The notes under the pieces: model-generated
Seen by the model: only the letters and a program-made list of their open reading frames with translations
What the model was told of the DNA's origin: nothing
Database searches by the model: none
Position numbers and translations under genes: made by a program
Shown here: positions 23,364-36,700 of the stretch, in pieces
How positions within the stretch are numbered: the stretch's first letter is position 1
How the letters are laid out: the number at the start of each line of letters is the position of its first letter
DNA from: Octopus bimaculoides
Lineage: Eukaryota
Direction: 5' to 3'
DNA length: 64,000 bases
Assembly (NCBI RefSeq): GCF_001194135.2
Contig: NC_068986.1
Location: 64,815,257 to 64,879,256, forward strand

Positions 23364-26300
23364 CCTCAAACACCATGTCTCACTCCCATACAACATTACA
23401 GCTCTCACACCACTCCTACAGACCTTTCCTTTCGTCTTCAATGAGAACCAGTTCCCATATGACTATGCTCAACATTCCCTGAACTTCATCCAGCCAAGTC
23501 TTGCTCTTGCTGTCACAGCTGCTTTATATCCACCACTTAAATCCACCCTATTTCCCAAATAACAAAACCCTCTCACCATCTCCACCTCATTGCATAGTGT
23601 TTCCCGCTCCTTTCTCACGTCTTCCACAAATAAACTCTCTTGCCAGTCTTGGGGTCACCGTCTTCATTTTCGTACATCTACCATGAATCCATTTCTCATC
23701 TCGTACACAACGCATTTACCATTACCCTTCTCCCACATACACCACAATGATCCACCTTACTTACACTTCTCCTTCCAATCCACTCACCATCACCTTTGTC
23801 TTCCTGGGGTTTACCTTCAAACCCTTGCTTTCAAACGCCTCCTTTCATTTCCAAAACTTCTTCCTCAATCCCTCCATCATCTCACTCATCAAAACAAGGT
23901 CATCTGCATACAGTATTTCCATTAGCAATCCCTCTCTTGCACTCTCTGTCACCATGTCAACCACTATTGCAAACAATAATGGTTACAACACAGATCCCTG
24001 ATGCACACCAACTTTCACCACCAACTCTTCCAACAGCTCTGATCCAATTCTCACTCTTGTCTTTACCTCCTCAAACAAACTCGTCACTGCTCTCACTGTT
24101 ACCTCTAGTACACCTCTCTTCCTCAGTGCCCACTCAGTTGCCTTCCTTGGAACCCTAATCTGTACAATGAATACTGCATCTATTGTCCCCCTTCCTAGCA
24201 TAAAACCAAATTGCATCTCATCCACATCCACCCCTTTCCGAATTTTCCTCTCCAACACCCTTTCCAATTACCTTCATTGCATGATCCAATAACTTCAGTC
24301 CTCTATACACCTCACAACTCATCGCATCCCCCTTCCCCTTGAAGATCAGTACCACCACACTTAGTGCCTTATCATCTGGCATTCTTCTTCCATCCAGCAT
24401 CCCCTGGCAGAGCTCCATCATCACAATAATCCCTGTCAGTTATCATTTCCACACTTACTTCTGATGGACCAGCTGCCTTTCCTATTTTCATTTCCTTCAT
24501 TGCTTCCACTACTTCTTCCCAACTAACCCTCTTCACTGGCCCCTTCACCACAGTAACTTCTACCCTCTGATCCCATTCATTCTCCTCATTCATAATTCCC
24601 TCCATATGCTCCTTCCAAACTCTTTCCCTGTCCTTCTCACTAAAATTCAACCTTCCATCACCCCACCTCATGCATCTTCCTCCCTCAACATCTCTTCCAT
24701 CATTTTTCATTGATTTAATAAACCTAAACGCTATCTGTGTTCTCATCCAGCCTGCTCAACCTCTCCTCAGCCTACTTCCTCATAGATATCACAACCACCC
24801 TCTTTGCATGATTCTTTATGTCATTATACCTGGCTTTCATTTGCTCAGTCCTATTATTACATAAAGCTTTGTGCACCTCCTCCTTCCTCACTATCGCATC
24901 CTTCACCTCCTTGTTCTACCACCATGTATCTCTTCGATCTCTCCTACCCTTCGTCCATCCACACACTTTGTCACATGCCTTTAGTACCCTTTCTTTAAAA
25001 GACTTCCACAAATCCAGTGCATCAGTGCTTACCAACTCCCCAACTCTCTCCTCAAACCTTGCTCTTGTTTCTTCCTTCAATTTCCACACCTTTCTCATCT
25101 CAATCGTACCCTTTCTTTTAACGCTTTTTAACTTTCCTTTTATCTGAGTCAGCAACGACCAACCTGTACTGCAACTCTCCTGGTATTGCCTTCACATTTC
25201 TTAGATATTTTCTGTTTTTCCTACCAACCAACACGAAATCACTCTCTATCTTATCTCCTTCACAGAAAGCCACCTTTTCTCTGTGTTCATAAACTGCGTA
25301 TTGGCCACACACAACTCTTTCTCATTACAAAACTCCAACAGCATTCTCCCTTCCAAACTTCTCTCCTCAATTCCATTTCCCAACATGTCCATTTTTTTTT
25401 GGGGGGGGGGCAGTTGATTAGATCGACCCAGTACACAACTGATACTTAATTTATTGACCCTAAAAGGACAAAAGGCAGAGTCGACCTCGGCAGAATTTGA
25501 ACTCAGAATGTAAAAACAGACGGTCATAATATACAAACATTTCTCATGGCACCAGTACACTGTTTACAGATGCTTACAATTTTTTATGTTTTCCGTGAAT
25601 TTTTCACAGGTCCAGCTACTGTAAATGATGATGATGATGATGAAATTCTCTTACTGCTCTACTTCTCAGGTGTACAAAGTTCGGAGCAAAGCAGATGGTC
25701 AATACTATGCTGTTAAAAAGTCTAGAGAAGCATTTCGTGGAGAATCAGATCGGTAAGTTGCTCTTCATTACTGGAAGAACTTGCTCACCATTGTTTCTTC
25801 TCTCCATCTCTCTCAGTTGTTACTAACAACAGTCTCTGTTTCTCTGAATTTGCTTCTTATAAAATACACATGTAATTAATCGTATTTGATGAATCTTCAT
25901 TCTCCTGCCATTACATTGTCTCACTGCTTAGATTCCTATAGTAAATGAATGTTGCAGTCTTTTTTTTACCCCAAACACCTTCATCTGGAACTGCTTTTAG
26001 TTCATATTCTCCACCCCATTCAGCTTATTCTCTCTACAAATAATAAGTTATGGTTATCACCCCAATGTCCTGAAACTGATCAGTAATAACATCTAGGTTT
26101 CAGAGGGATAACTTACATCTTAAGGCTTGGAGATTAAAACCTAGCTGTAGATTTTATTACACTATGTATTGTTAGGATAATAAATTTCATTGTTGTTGTG
26201 CTTCCGAATGCCAACTAATTTAATATGATGTAGAACTAGTTATTGTTCAATCAGGCAATTCAAGCATATGTGACCCAGGATCACATTCTAGTGGAAGTAG

Positions 26301-29300
26301 TAAAATTTGGACATGGTCACACGTCAAAAACATTAATCATACATGAATAATGTTTAATGCTTACTTTCTAAATGTTTTACAACATAGAGGTTGGCCTTAA
26401 CAGTTTCTGCTTGGTTAATGTTATTGTTTGATACTATCTAGCTTTAATTATCTTAATTTATAATACAGACTGGTTTATCCAAATCTTTCGATTAATCTTA
26501 TCCATAATACAATTCAAGAATGGTTTTTTTAAAAAGTTTTCTATGTTCCCTCCCTTCAGGAAAAGAAAACTAGAAGAAGTGGCCAAACATGAGAAGCTAC
26601 GCCACCATCCAAACTGTGTGAAGTTTTGTCAAGCCTGGGAAGAAATGGGCAGGCTGTACATGCAGATCGAACTATGCAAAACAAGGTATGCTTGCATCAT
26701 ATTTCTTTTTTCTAATTCTGCTATTCTATATTGAAAGAGTTCTAATAAATGTAGAACAAGTGACTAACCACCTATGCTGTTTAAACTCCTGGAAAAGGCA
26801 TGAAAACCACCACATTCTAGTTGATTCTTTTCCAAAAAATATAAGGCCTTTGTACTTAATCAGGAAGGAAGCAGCATGTCAATAAAATTAATGCTAGAGT
26901 TAAAAAGCTATATCGGGTTACATAGTCAGTATCTTCTAAGTTTATGTCTGGCTATGATTGGATTCAGCTGTGACCATCAGTCATGCTATATGCATGTTTA
27001 GGTGTTTTGGGAATATGGAATAAAATGCACTGAAGCTGCTTAGATTGTCATAATAACTGAACAGTACTAAATAGTGTATGCTGTATATTATCTCAGGAAG
27101 TGTTAATTGTTGTTTAACTGCAAGTAATTTCAGTTCTGATCAAGTACATTGATAGTCAAAGGCATTCCAACCATAACCATCCTCTTTGTTTACAATGTCC
27201 AGTGTATCTTATTTAAGACAGTAGGGTTTGATTTGAGGTGAATTTGACTAATTTCAGCATGTTGATTGTCTCCCGTATTAGGTTGAGTAACTGGATTTAT
27301 GTGTTGTGCCTAACTACTTGGTTATTTACTTCCATAACTATGTATGAAGAGCAACTGGTAGCACTGTGTTACTATGATAAAGAATCAAATTTAATATTCT
27401 TTGAAATACATATTAACATAGAAAAGTAGATATAAAATGACATTAATTGGGTTTCATTGATCATTGTGTAATTATTATCTGTGATTTCTGATAATTCTTA
27501 GTGTATGCAGACAAAAGAATATGGATTTCTTACCTTGGCACAAAGCCATAAAATGAGTCAACTGATCTGATCTCAATACATCACTGGTACTTATCAACTC
27601 TAAAATGAATCAATGGAGATGACTTGTGGTGACTCAACCTACTAGAAATAACAGCCAGATATCTCTCAAATCACTGATTCCTGAGAAAGAGCATGTTTGA
27701 TATGGATGTATAGAAAATAGACAGGATTGACAAATCTGGAGCACCTTTAATTATAAGTTTGCTTGTTTGGGGCCAACTTGGGATTGAACAGTATCAACTG
27801 CCTCAAAGTGATAAAACACAAAATTGACCATGTCAAGATTTGAACTTGGAATGCAGAGCTTGTAAAATGTTGCTTAAATTTAGGTGAAATTAAAGTTGTT
27901 GATTGTAATAACATTTTATTTCTTTGTAGCCTCTATGATTTTGCTGAGAAAAATCACAATATTTCTGAAACATTGATATGGAAATTCCTTGTAGATTTAT
28001 TAATGGTAAGGGACAAGTTGCTTTTTAACTGCTTTTGATTTTAAATCCTCTCTATCTACCTCTATCTCACTAACCTTTCATCATCTGCTACTGGATCATA
28101 TCCTCCAATGTCCCCTCCGATATAACAAGACACCTGTTTCTGCCTCCCTGTCCCTTTGTCACACTCTAGCCTTTCATCCTCTGACACAAGTTCCCCTCCT
28201 CAAATACCCCTGCCCCTCTCATAATTCCATGTCTTGTGAGTCACTTGGTGGTCCTGCCTGTACTGGAGCCATGTTAAAAGCATCCACTTCATACTGTAAA
28301 GTTGTTGGCATTTGGAAGGGCATACATCTGTAAAAATCATGTCAAAATTAACCTTGCCTGTGCTAGTGCCATATAAAAAGCACTGAGTCCACTATGCAGA
28401 GTGGTTGGTGTTAGGAAGAGTATCCAGCCATAAAAACCCTGCCAAAACAGACAGTAGCCTAGGGTAGTTTTTTTACCTGGTCACTTCCTGTCAACTGTCC
28501 TACCCATGCATGCATGGAAGATGGATGTTAAATGATGTGTGTAAAAAACACATACTTCGATTTTTACATGCCAAAACCTTCCATTATCCTTTGAACCTTT
28601 CTGTTTATTTAGGCTTTGAAGCATCTTCATGTTCATAACTTGGTCCACATGGATATAAAATCAGAAAACATTTTCTTATCGTTTGATGACATCTGTAAAC
28701 TTGGTGATTTTGGTCTTGTTCTTGACGTTAGCAAGGTAGGTCTTCTTTTTAGTAAACATTTCTATTGCCTCCCTTCTTTCAATGATGATTTAAATTTACT
28801 TGTTTGACCTAATTGATGCTCACCCTCTTTTCATTCTCAGATTCTCACTTTTTCTGGTATCACTAAAAGGTAGAAAAGGTGGCTGGGTGACATCAGAAGT
28901 TGGGGGAATGTATGATGATGATGATAATCCCATGTTGTGTTCTATTTGAATAGGGTTATGACATATCTGATGCTCAAGAAGGTGACCCTCAATATTTAGC
29001 CCCTGAGTTGCTTGAAGGAAAGTTTGGTAAGCCTGCAGATATATTTAGGTGAATATTTTTTAGTGTCTTATTTTTCTTTTTTGTTTGTATTTCTGTTAAT
29101 ATTATTCTGTGGATGACTTTGAGTCTGTGATTGGAAAGGGAGAACTTTAAGGAATGTAAATAGAATTTTTGTGAGAATAAAAATGGTCTTGTGATTGAAT
29201 TTTTTTCTTCCACTCAGGAATGGATCAAGTCCATGGGACCCTTCACTTTGTTTTCCTAGCTAATGAAATAATCATCAGTTTTGTATTACTGCTGCATATT

Positions 29301-30885
29301 TTAGCTGTGAACCATTCCAACTTTTGTAACTCTTATGTTGATGTAGCATGAATTTGCTAGAAGTAGTTCTAGCAAATATCTCTTAAGTGACAGCCTGCTC
29401 TCCTAAAAAGGAATGGGCACATTAGATAATGTATTCCTAGATGTTCAGGAAAAAGCCCCCCAAAAAGCAGTGTGGTTATGGCTATAATGCCATTGATTAT
29501 AAGGCTGACTAAACAGCTTATGATTTGGTAACCATGTATTTCCTTCACAGCAACACACCTGTTTCTGTCCTCATTCTTCTCTCTCTCTCTCTCTCTCTCT
29601 AGCTGGGTAACCCTGTACCTCTCCTACATCAAAACACCTGTTTCTGTCTCTGTCTCACTATAACCTTTCATCATCTGACACAAGATCACCTCCACCAATG
29701 CCCCTCCCCTCCCCAAAATTCTTTGTCTTGCTTGCAAGTTACTTGGTAACCCTTCAGTACTGGTGTCACATAAAATGCATCTAGTCCACACTGTAAAGTG
29801 GTTGGCATTTGGAAGGGTATCCAGCTGTAAAAACCATGTCAAAACTGACCACATGAAAGGCACTCAGTCCACTCTACAGGGTGCTTGATGTTAGGAACGG
29901 CATCCAGCTGTAAAAACCCTGCAGGCTCCTGCTTGGCTGGCTACTGGCATTTAACATGGATGTTAGTCAAATACACATGCCACTAATATTCAAAGGAAAA
30001 GCATTGTTGTCACAGCTTCTCAATTCCTTTTCCTTGAAGTAGACACTAGGATCTTGTGTTTGATTGAAACATTATTGCATAAAATTTACTCTAAAGGTCC
30101 TGTTAAGTGAGCCACATAATGGTTCATTCTCCCATTGAAACAGTTTCTTTACATTGCTAAAACCTTTGGTCAGGTCTTGAATATCACACAATGCTCTTTC
30201 CTCTACATATGTAAGAAATCCAGATTCTACCAAACTGTGTGCAAGCACTACAGCTGACTAACTGAATGTGTTTTAACTTTCTTTTAGAAATCACATAACT
30301 GTTACAGAAGCTTTTCTTATTCAATCTGAAGCCAGCTATCTCTTTCAGGGGTAAGAAATGTAATATGGTATAGATAGATAAATAGATTGTTGTTGTTTAG
30401 CCATGGTTGAGTATTTTTCTTTTTTTTGTCAGCAAACTGTGCATGCAAGGTTACATTATTAGATAACTTAATCTTGCTCACTACATCTTTTTTTAAAAAC
30501 AGTGGCATGTATTATGAAAATTTCACTACTATTTCTAGGTAGTCAGTCACCCACCAAGGCTCCTTTATAGCTACTGATGTGGATATTTTATTGCATTAAG
30601 TTTGGCACCTTCTTGTTTTTAGTTCTAATGTTGTAGGTATCACTGAAATATATACCAGTAATATATTGAATTTAATCAAATTGTTCTCAGTTTAGTTTAA
30701 AAAAAAAAAAAAAAAAAACAACAACCCAGTTGATTGAAAGTGTTTATGTTTACTTGTTTTATTTTTTTCGAAGTCTTGGTATGACCATTCTAGAACTATC
30801 TAGTGATCTAGATCTACCCAGAGGTGGTGAGGGTTGGCACATGCTGAGACATGGTCAAATTCCTGAAGAATTTCTTCAAGGTAAG

Positions 30886-30920
<35 letters not shown>

Positions 30921-32113
30921 GATATTGTATATGGAGGAAATTTAGGTTAGAAAGTGCTCTCCTTCATTAAATTCCTTAACAGTTAAGGGACAACCATGAA
31001 AATGGCATTTATGGATGATTTAAGAGATGGTATTTATCTTTGGTAGCTGGAAGTGATCTTGGATCTGTGGGAGTTCATCCACTCTGAGGACTATATCTCA
31101 TATTTGTATGTTGTAAATATTTTTAGTCTTATCTAATTTCCTTGTAAACTCTTCATATTTTTTTGTAATGTTCCCTCTACTGTTACCTTATTGGCAAATG
31201 AAATTGTAAAGTTGAAGATAGTGAGCTAGCAGAATCATTACTGCACTTGACAGAATGCTTAACATTTTATGTGTCTTTACATTCTGAGTTCAAATTCTGC
31301 TGAGGTTGACTTTGCCTTTCATCCTTTTGGAGTTGATAAAAATAAGTACAAGTTGTGCATTGGGATCAATGTATTCTATCACCTTCCTCAAAATTTCAGG
31401 CCTTGTGCCTATAATAGAATTATTATTTTAGGGTTAATAAAATAGCAGATAGAAATCAGTACTCTAGTCATTACTTGACTGCTTCCTGCTCCAAGATTTC
31501 AGGCATTGTGGCTATGTAAGAAATTATTATTATACTTAGCACCATGAAAATGATTCCTTGACACTTCCTAGAAGAATCAAATTACTTTGTAATTTTTAAA
31601 ATATTTTTTATGCTTTCATTTTTGTTTCTTTACCTTGTAGGTCGGTCCTTTGATCTGAAGTATGTGATTCGACAAATGCTGGATCCTGACCCAACTAGTC
31701 GACCAATAGTTGAACAACTTTTAGCTTTCCCTTGTGTCAGAAAAGTATGTATTGTATGTTTGCATTTGATTTTGTTGATAGCTAAATTTTTGTGTGGGAA
31801 AGATATTGTCAGTTGATTTCACCCGAGTTATTTTCTTACTGGTATTTAATTGATCTTTCATAAAAAAAAAGAATAAAACCTTAGCAGGTTATTAGTCAAA
31901 GAAATTGACCTGTACTTATTCTATTGGCCTCTTTTGCCAAACTGCTAAGTTACAAGGACATAAACACACCAACACCGGTTGTCAAGTGGTGAAGGGGAAC
32001 AGACATTGACACACACACACACACATATATTTGGACAGGTGTCTTTTACTTTGATCTCCGGTCAACCATAGCCTTCTAAGTGGATGTGATAGACAGAAAC
32101 TGAAAGAAGCTTG

Positions 32114-32145
<32 letters not shown>

Positions 32146-33734
32146 ACTTATACTATTTTATATAGAGATTGTTAACAATTAACAATACTCGTAAACAGGC
32201 AAGAATCGAAGTGCTCAAATTGAGCTAAGTTCCAATTTATAATTTGAGTAGAGGCAATACGAGTGGAAAACTAGAGGAATATGACCTATTATCCAGCAGA
32301 ATATCCAATATATATGCGTACTTTCTTCGACATTAATAGTGCAATATAAAGTTCGAATTAATAGAAATATTAAATGTCGAAGAAAGTACGAATATATATT
32401 GAATATTCTGCTGGATGGTCCTCTAGTGTTCCGCTTGTATTGCCTCCACTCAAATTTATCTATATATATATATATATATATAGCTGTAGAAACTCTGCCA
32501 AATCAGATTGGAGCCTGGTGTAGCCATCTGGTTTCACCAGTCCTCAGTCAAATCGTCCAACCCTTGCTAGCATGGGAAGCGGACGTTAAACTATGATGAT
32601 GATGATGATGATGTATGATGAGCTTCTTTCAGTTGCTGTCTACCACATCCACTTAGAAGGCTATTGTTGACCGGTGATCAAAGTAGAAGACACTTGTCCA
32701 AAGTGCCACACAGTATGCTCCGATGGATGTGTAATGTCAGTGTGCATACTAGACAGAGTGTAAGTACCTTGAGAGAAAAGTTGAACTTACGAAGCATCAG
32801 TTGTGGTGTGCAAGAGAGACGATTGCACTGGTATGGTCATGTAGGGAGAATGGATGAGGATAGCTGTGTGAAAACGTGTCACACCCTAGCAGTTGAGGGA
32901 ACCTGTGGAAGAAGTAGGCCCAGGAAGACCTGGGATGAGGTGGCGAGGTACGACCTTCGAACATTGGGCCTCACCGAGGCGATGACTTCTGACCGAGACC
33001 TTTGGAAATATGCTGTGCATGAGAAGACCCGGCAAGCCAAGTGAGACCTAAATCCAAGGCCTCTGCCAGGGGTGTAGTCAGCCCACTTATGCGTACCTTC
33101 CTCATTGGACACTAAACTCTGCTTGCAAAGACATGTTGAGGCAAGTGAAATTCAAATTGAACTAAATTCGATGACTGGCACCCATGCCAACTTCGTCTCT
33201 CATTGGAGACTAAACTCGGCTTGCGAAGATCTATTGGGGCAAGCGAAATCATAACGGCNNNNNNNNNNNNNNNNNNNNNNNNNNNNNNNNNNNNNNNNNN
33301 NNNNNNNNNNNNNNNNNNNNNNNNNNNNNNNNNNNNNNNNNNNNNNNNNNNNNNNNNNNNNNNNNNNNNNNNNNNNNNNNNNNNNNNNNNNNNNNNNNNN
33401 NNNNNNNNNNNNNNNNNNNNNNNNNNNNNNNNNNNNNNNNNNNNNNNNNNNNNNNNNNNNNNNNNNNNNNNNNNNNNNNNNNNNNATATATATGTGTATA
33501 TATATGTATATATATAGGTATGTATATATATATATATATATATGTGTATATATATATGTATATATGTGTATATATATATGTATATATGTGTATATATATG
33601 TATATATATATATGTATATATGTGTATGTATATATGTGTATGTATATATATATATATGTATGTATATGTGTATGTATATGTATGTATATATGTGTATGTA
33701 CATGTATATATATATGTGTATGTATATATATGTG

Positions 33735-33771
<37 letters not shown>

Positions 33772-36700
33772 ATATATATGCGTATGTATATGTATGTGTA
33801 TGTATATTTGTATATATATATATATATATGCGTATCTATATGTATGTGTATGTATCTTTGTATATATATATGTGTGTATGTATATACATATATATATGTT
33901 ATATATATACACACAGGCACACACACACACACACACATATATATTTAGAATGGGCTTCTTTCAGTTTCTCTCTACCAAATCCACTCACAAGGCTTTGATT
34001 GGTGCAAGGCTATAGTAGAATATACTTGCCCAAGATACCACACAGTGTGACTGAACCCAGAACGATGTGGTAGAGAAGCAAGCTTCTTACCACAAAGACA
34101 TACATTACATTTGATTAGATATATGTAAGATAATTTGTTACACTATATGCCTGTGGGCATGATTTGTTGTTGTTCATAGCCCCAGACTAACTCTGATCTC
34201 TAGATATGAGTTCTTTAAATCTCTGATCTAAGATATTCCAGCTGTGATTCTTCTGTGCTCTTTGAGGCATTTAGGACTACATTGTCTAACATTTGCTTTA
34301 TTTGTTTTGTTTTTTTTCCCTAAAACAGGTGTGGTTTGATGGAGATTTGGTTGCTATATCGAAGCCACAATTTATTACTCTTTTTTTTCTTTAAAAATTA
34401 GTTTCTCATAGGTAGGTGTAAGGTCTCAAATTTACTGAGACTGAGGAAATCATCATTATTTAATTTTTCATGTTTGCCATGTTAGAAAGTTTGATGGACT
34501 GGCATGGTCAAGAGCTGCACCAGGTTCCATTGTCAGTTTTGGCATGGTTTCTACTACTGTCAGCTGGATGCCCTTCTTAATGCCAACACTTCAGAGTTCA
34601 CTAGGTGCTTTTTACATGGTGCCAGCACTGATATGGTCATCAAGTATCTTTCATGACAAAAATCTCTCAATTGGCAGGTGGGGGAGTGATTTTGAGTGGG
34701 TGTAGATTTGTAACAGTTGAGAGTTTAAGGGATAGAAGGGACAGATACAGGTGTCTTATTTTAGAGTATATACATGGATACCCCAGTTGGAAAACAAGGG
34801 AGAGTGAGTTGAAGAGTAAGATAAAGGGAGTGATAGTGAGAGAGATGATGGTGAAGATGTGTTGGGACATGCCCTTCAGGATTATTGGGGGTGATGAGAA
34901 TAGGTGAGAGAATATAGAGGCTTGATCTGGGTGAGAGGGCAGGATGAGGTGACTAAGAAATGGAGGGAAATATAGGAAAGGCTTGGCAGTGGGCGATGCA
35001 GTAGATATGTGAGGGCATTGCAGTTAAGTGAGGAGTTGGTGTTGAGAGCTGCAGATGGAGGGGAGAAAAGGTAAATGACAAAAAAAACGAGGGATATAAT
35101 ATGTGTGTATTTTGCTCTCACTTGATAGAGGAAGTGATGGGTGTTAGGGGATGAAATTGTGGCGGGGGGGGGGACAAAGAGGAGGGAGGTTAGCATTACC
35201 AGGGTGGGTTTAGGACACCAATTCTGTGGTGGACAGGTCTTCTTTAGTACAAGCAAGGTGACAAATATCTCTGTCCTTTGTCGTTTTCGTAAGGCACATC
35301 ATCTTCAGATCAACCTTCAATACTTTGTCCCATGTCTTCCTGAGTCCTCCCCTTCTACAAGTTCCATCCATTTTAAGAGATATGTTTCTTCTTTATACAG
35401 CTGTACATATTTATATGCATCACATGATCATATCAGCACAGTCTTCTCTTGCACACTGCATCTAATTCCTCTTAAGCCTAACAGTAGCGATCTGTCACAT
35501 ATACACTGATATTGCACATCCAACAGAGCATACCAGCTTTGCTTTTCTCTAATCTTCGTCAACATTGCTCTTTGTACACATGCATCATATAATCTTCGTT
35601 TCATTTGGGGAGAGAGAGAGAACCTTTGGTTGCCAACAAAAGTAAAAGGTCTCTGAGCATTCTGCTTCCTATTATTGCTTTTCTCATCGGTATTTGTAAT
35701 GTTGTCAAGTGAAGTTTCTCAACCTAGAATGGAAATGCAATTGTATCTTAAAGTAGCAAAAGCTTACTTGAACTTTTAAAGCTCAGCACTGAACTCTGCA
35801 TGTATTCTTACTTTTAGGTTTACAAGAAACGGATCAGAGAATATATGATAAGTAACATTGTAAGTATAATTGTTAATTTTTGCATTTCCCTAATGACTAA
35901 AAACATTTCTTGTCAAGAATTAAACTATTTGAAATTAATTTCTTTTTTTGTTCAGATTGTAATATAATGTTTCATAAGAGTATTGCAGTTTACCTCCTAT
36001 TATGTGCACTGTTTTATAACTAATAACTGATGAAACTGAAACGTTAAATTATTCTAAATGTTGTTTAGTTTGTTCCTGTCAACTTTGATTTAGTAAATCT
36101 GTAATCTAGAATACATGGTTACAGAAATGTAGAATTTTTGATTTTTACCTCTTGATCCTTCAAGTCTGTTATTTTGGAGTAGGGTGTGTTTCCTTTTGGA
36201 AACAATATTTTACCACCATCATCATCATCTGTTTATTTTTGGTATGAGTTAGATGGATCTGTTGAAGGAAGCTGGTTAGTGTTCTGTGTCACAAATTAGA
36301 TATGCTATAGTGTAATTTCATCTTACATCAGATTAGAGAAACATTTATATCTTGCTTTCTGTAAACAATAGTGTGGTTTGGATACAGGCTTCCAATCACT
36401 GGTTTACTGCATTTTCAATATTGAGAATGTCTCTGCAGCTTGGGTTGAATAAATACCACAAGGTTCTTTTTTTGCCCAGTGCATTGATTTCTTCACAGTT
36501 TATCACTAATGCATATATTTTTCATCAATACATATATGCACATTCTATGGTCTTCTGCATAGTTTCCATCTTCTAAATTTTGCTCACAATAGACTACCCT
36601 AAGGTTATCCTTAAGGGTGGACAGTGGGAACTAAACCTGATCCATGTGGTTGCAAAGAAAACTTAAATACACAACCATACCTGCACTCAGTTTCTATTAA

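Noticed and set aside
23046-25449. Many plus-strand Ser/Pro/Leu-rich ORFs inside Myt1 intron 3
   Set aside because: They are antisense shadows of the purine-rich RTE LINE on the minus strand.
33112-34015. Long YI/TH/VC-rich ORFs in all frames
   Set aside because: They are translations of a dinucleotide microsatellite plus an N gap, not genes.
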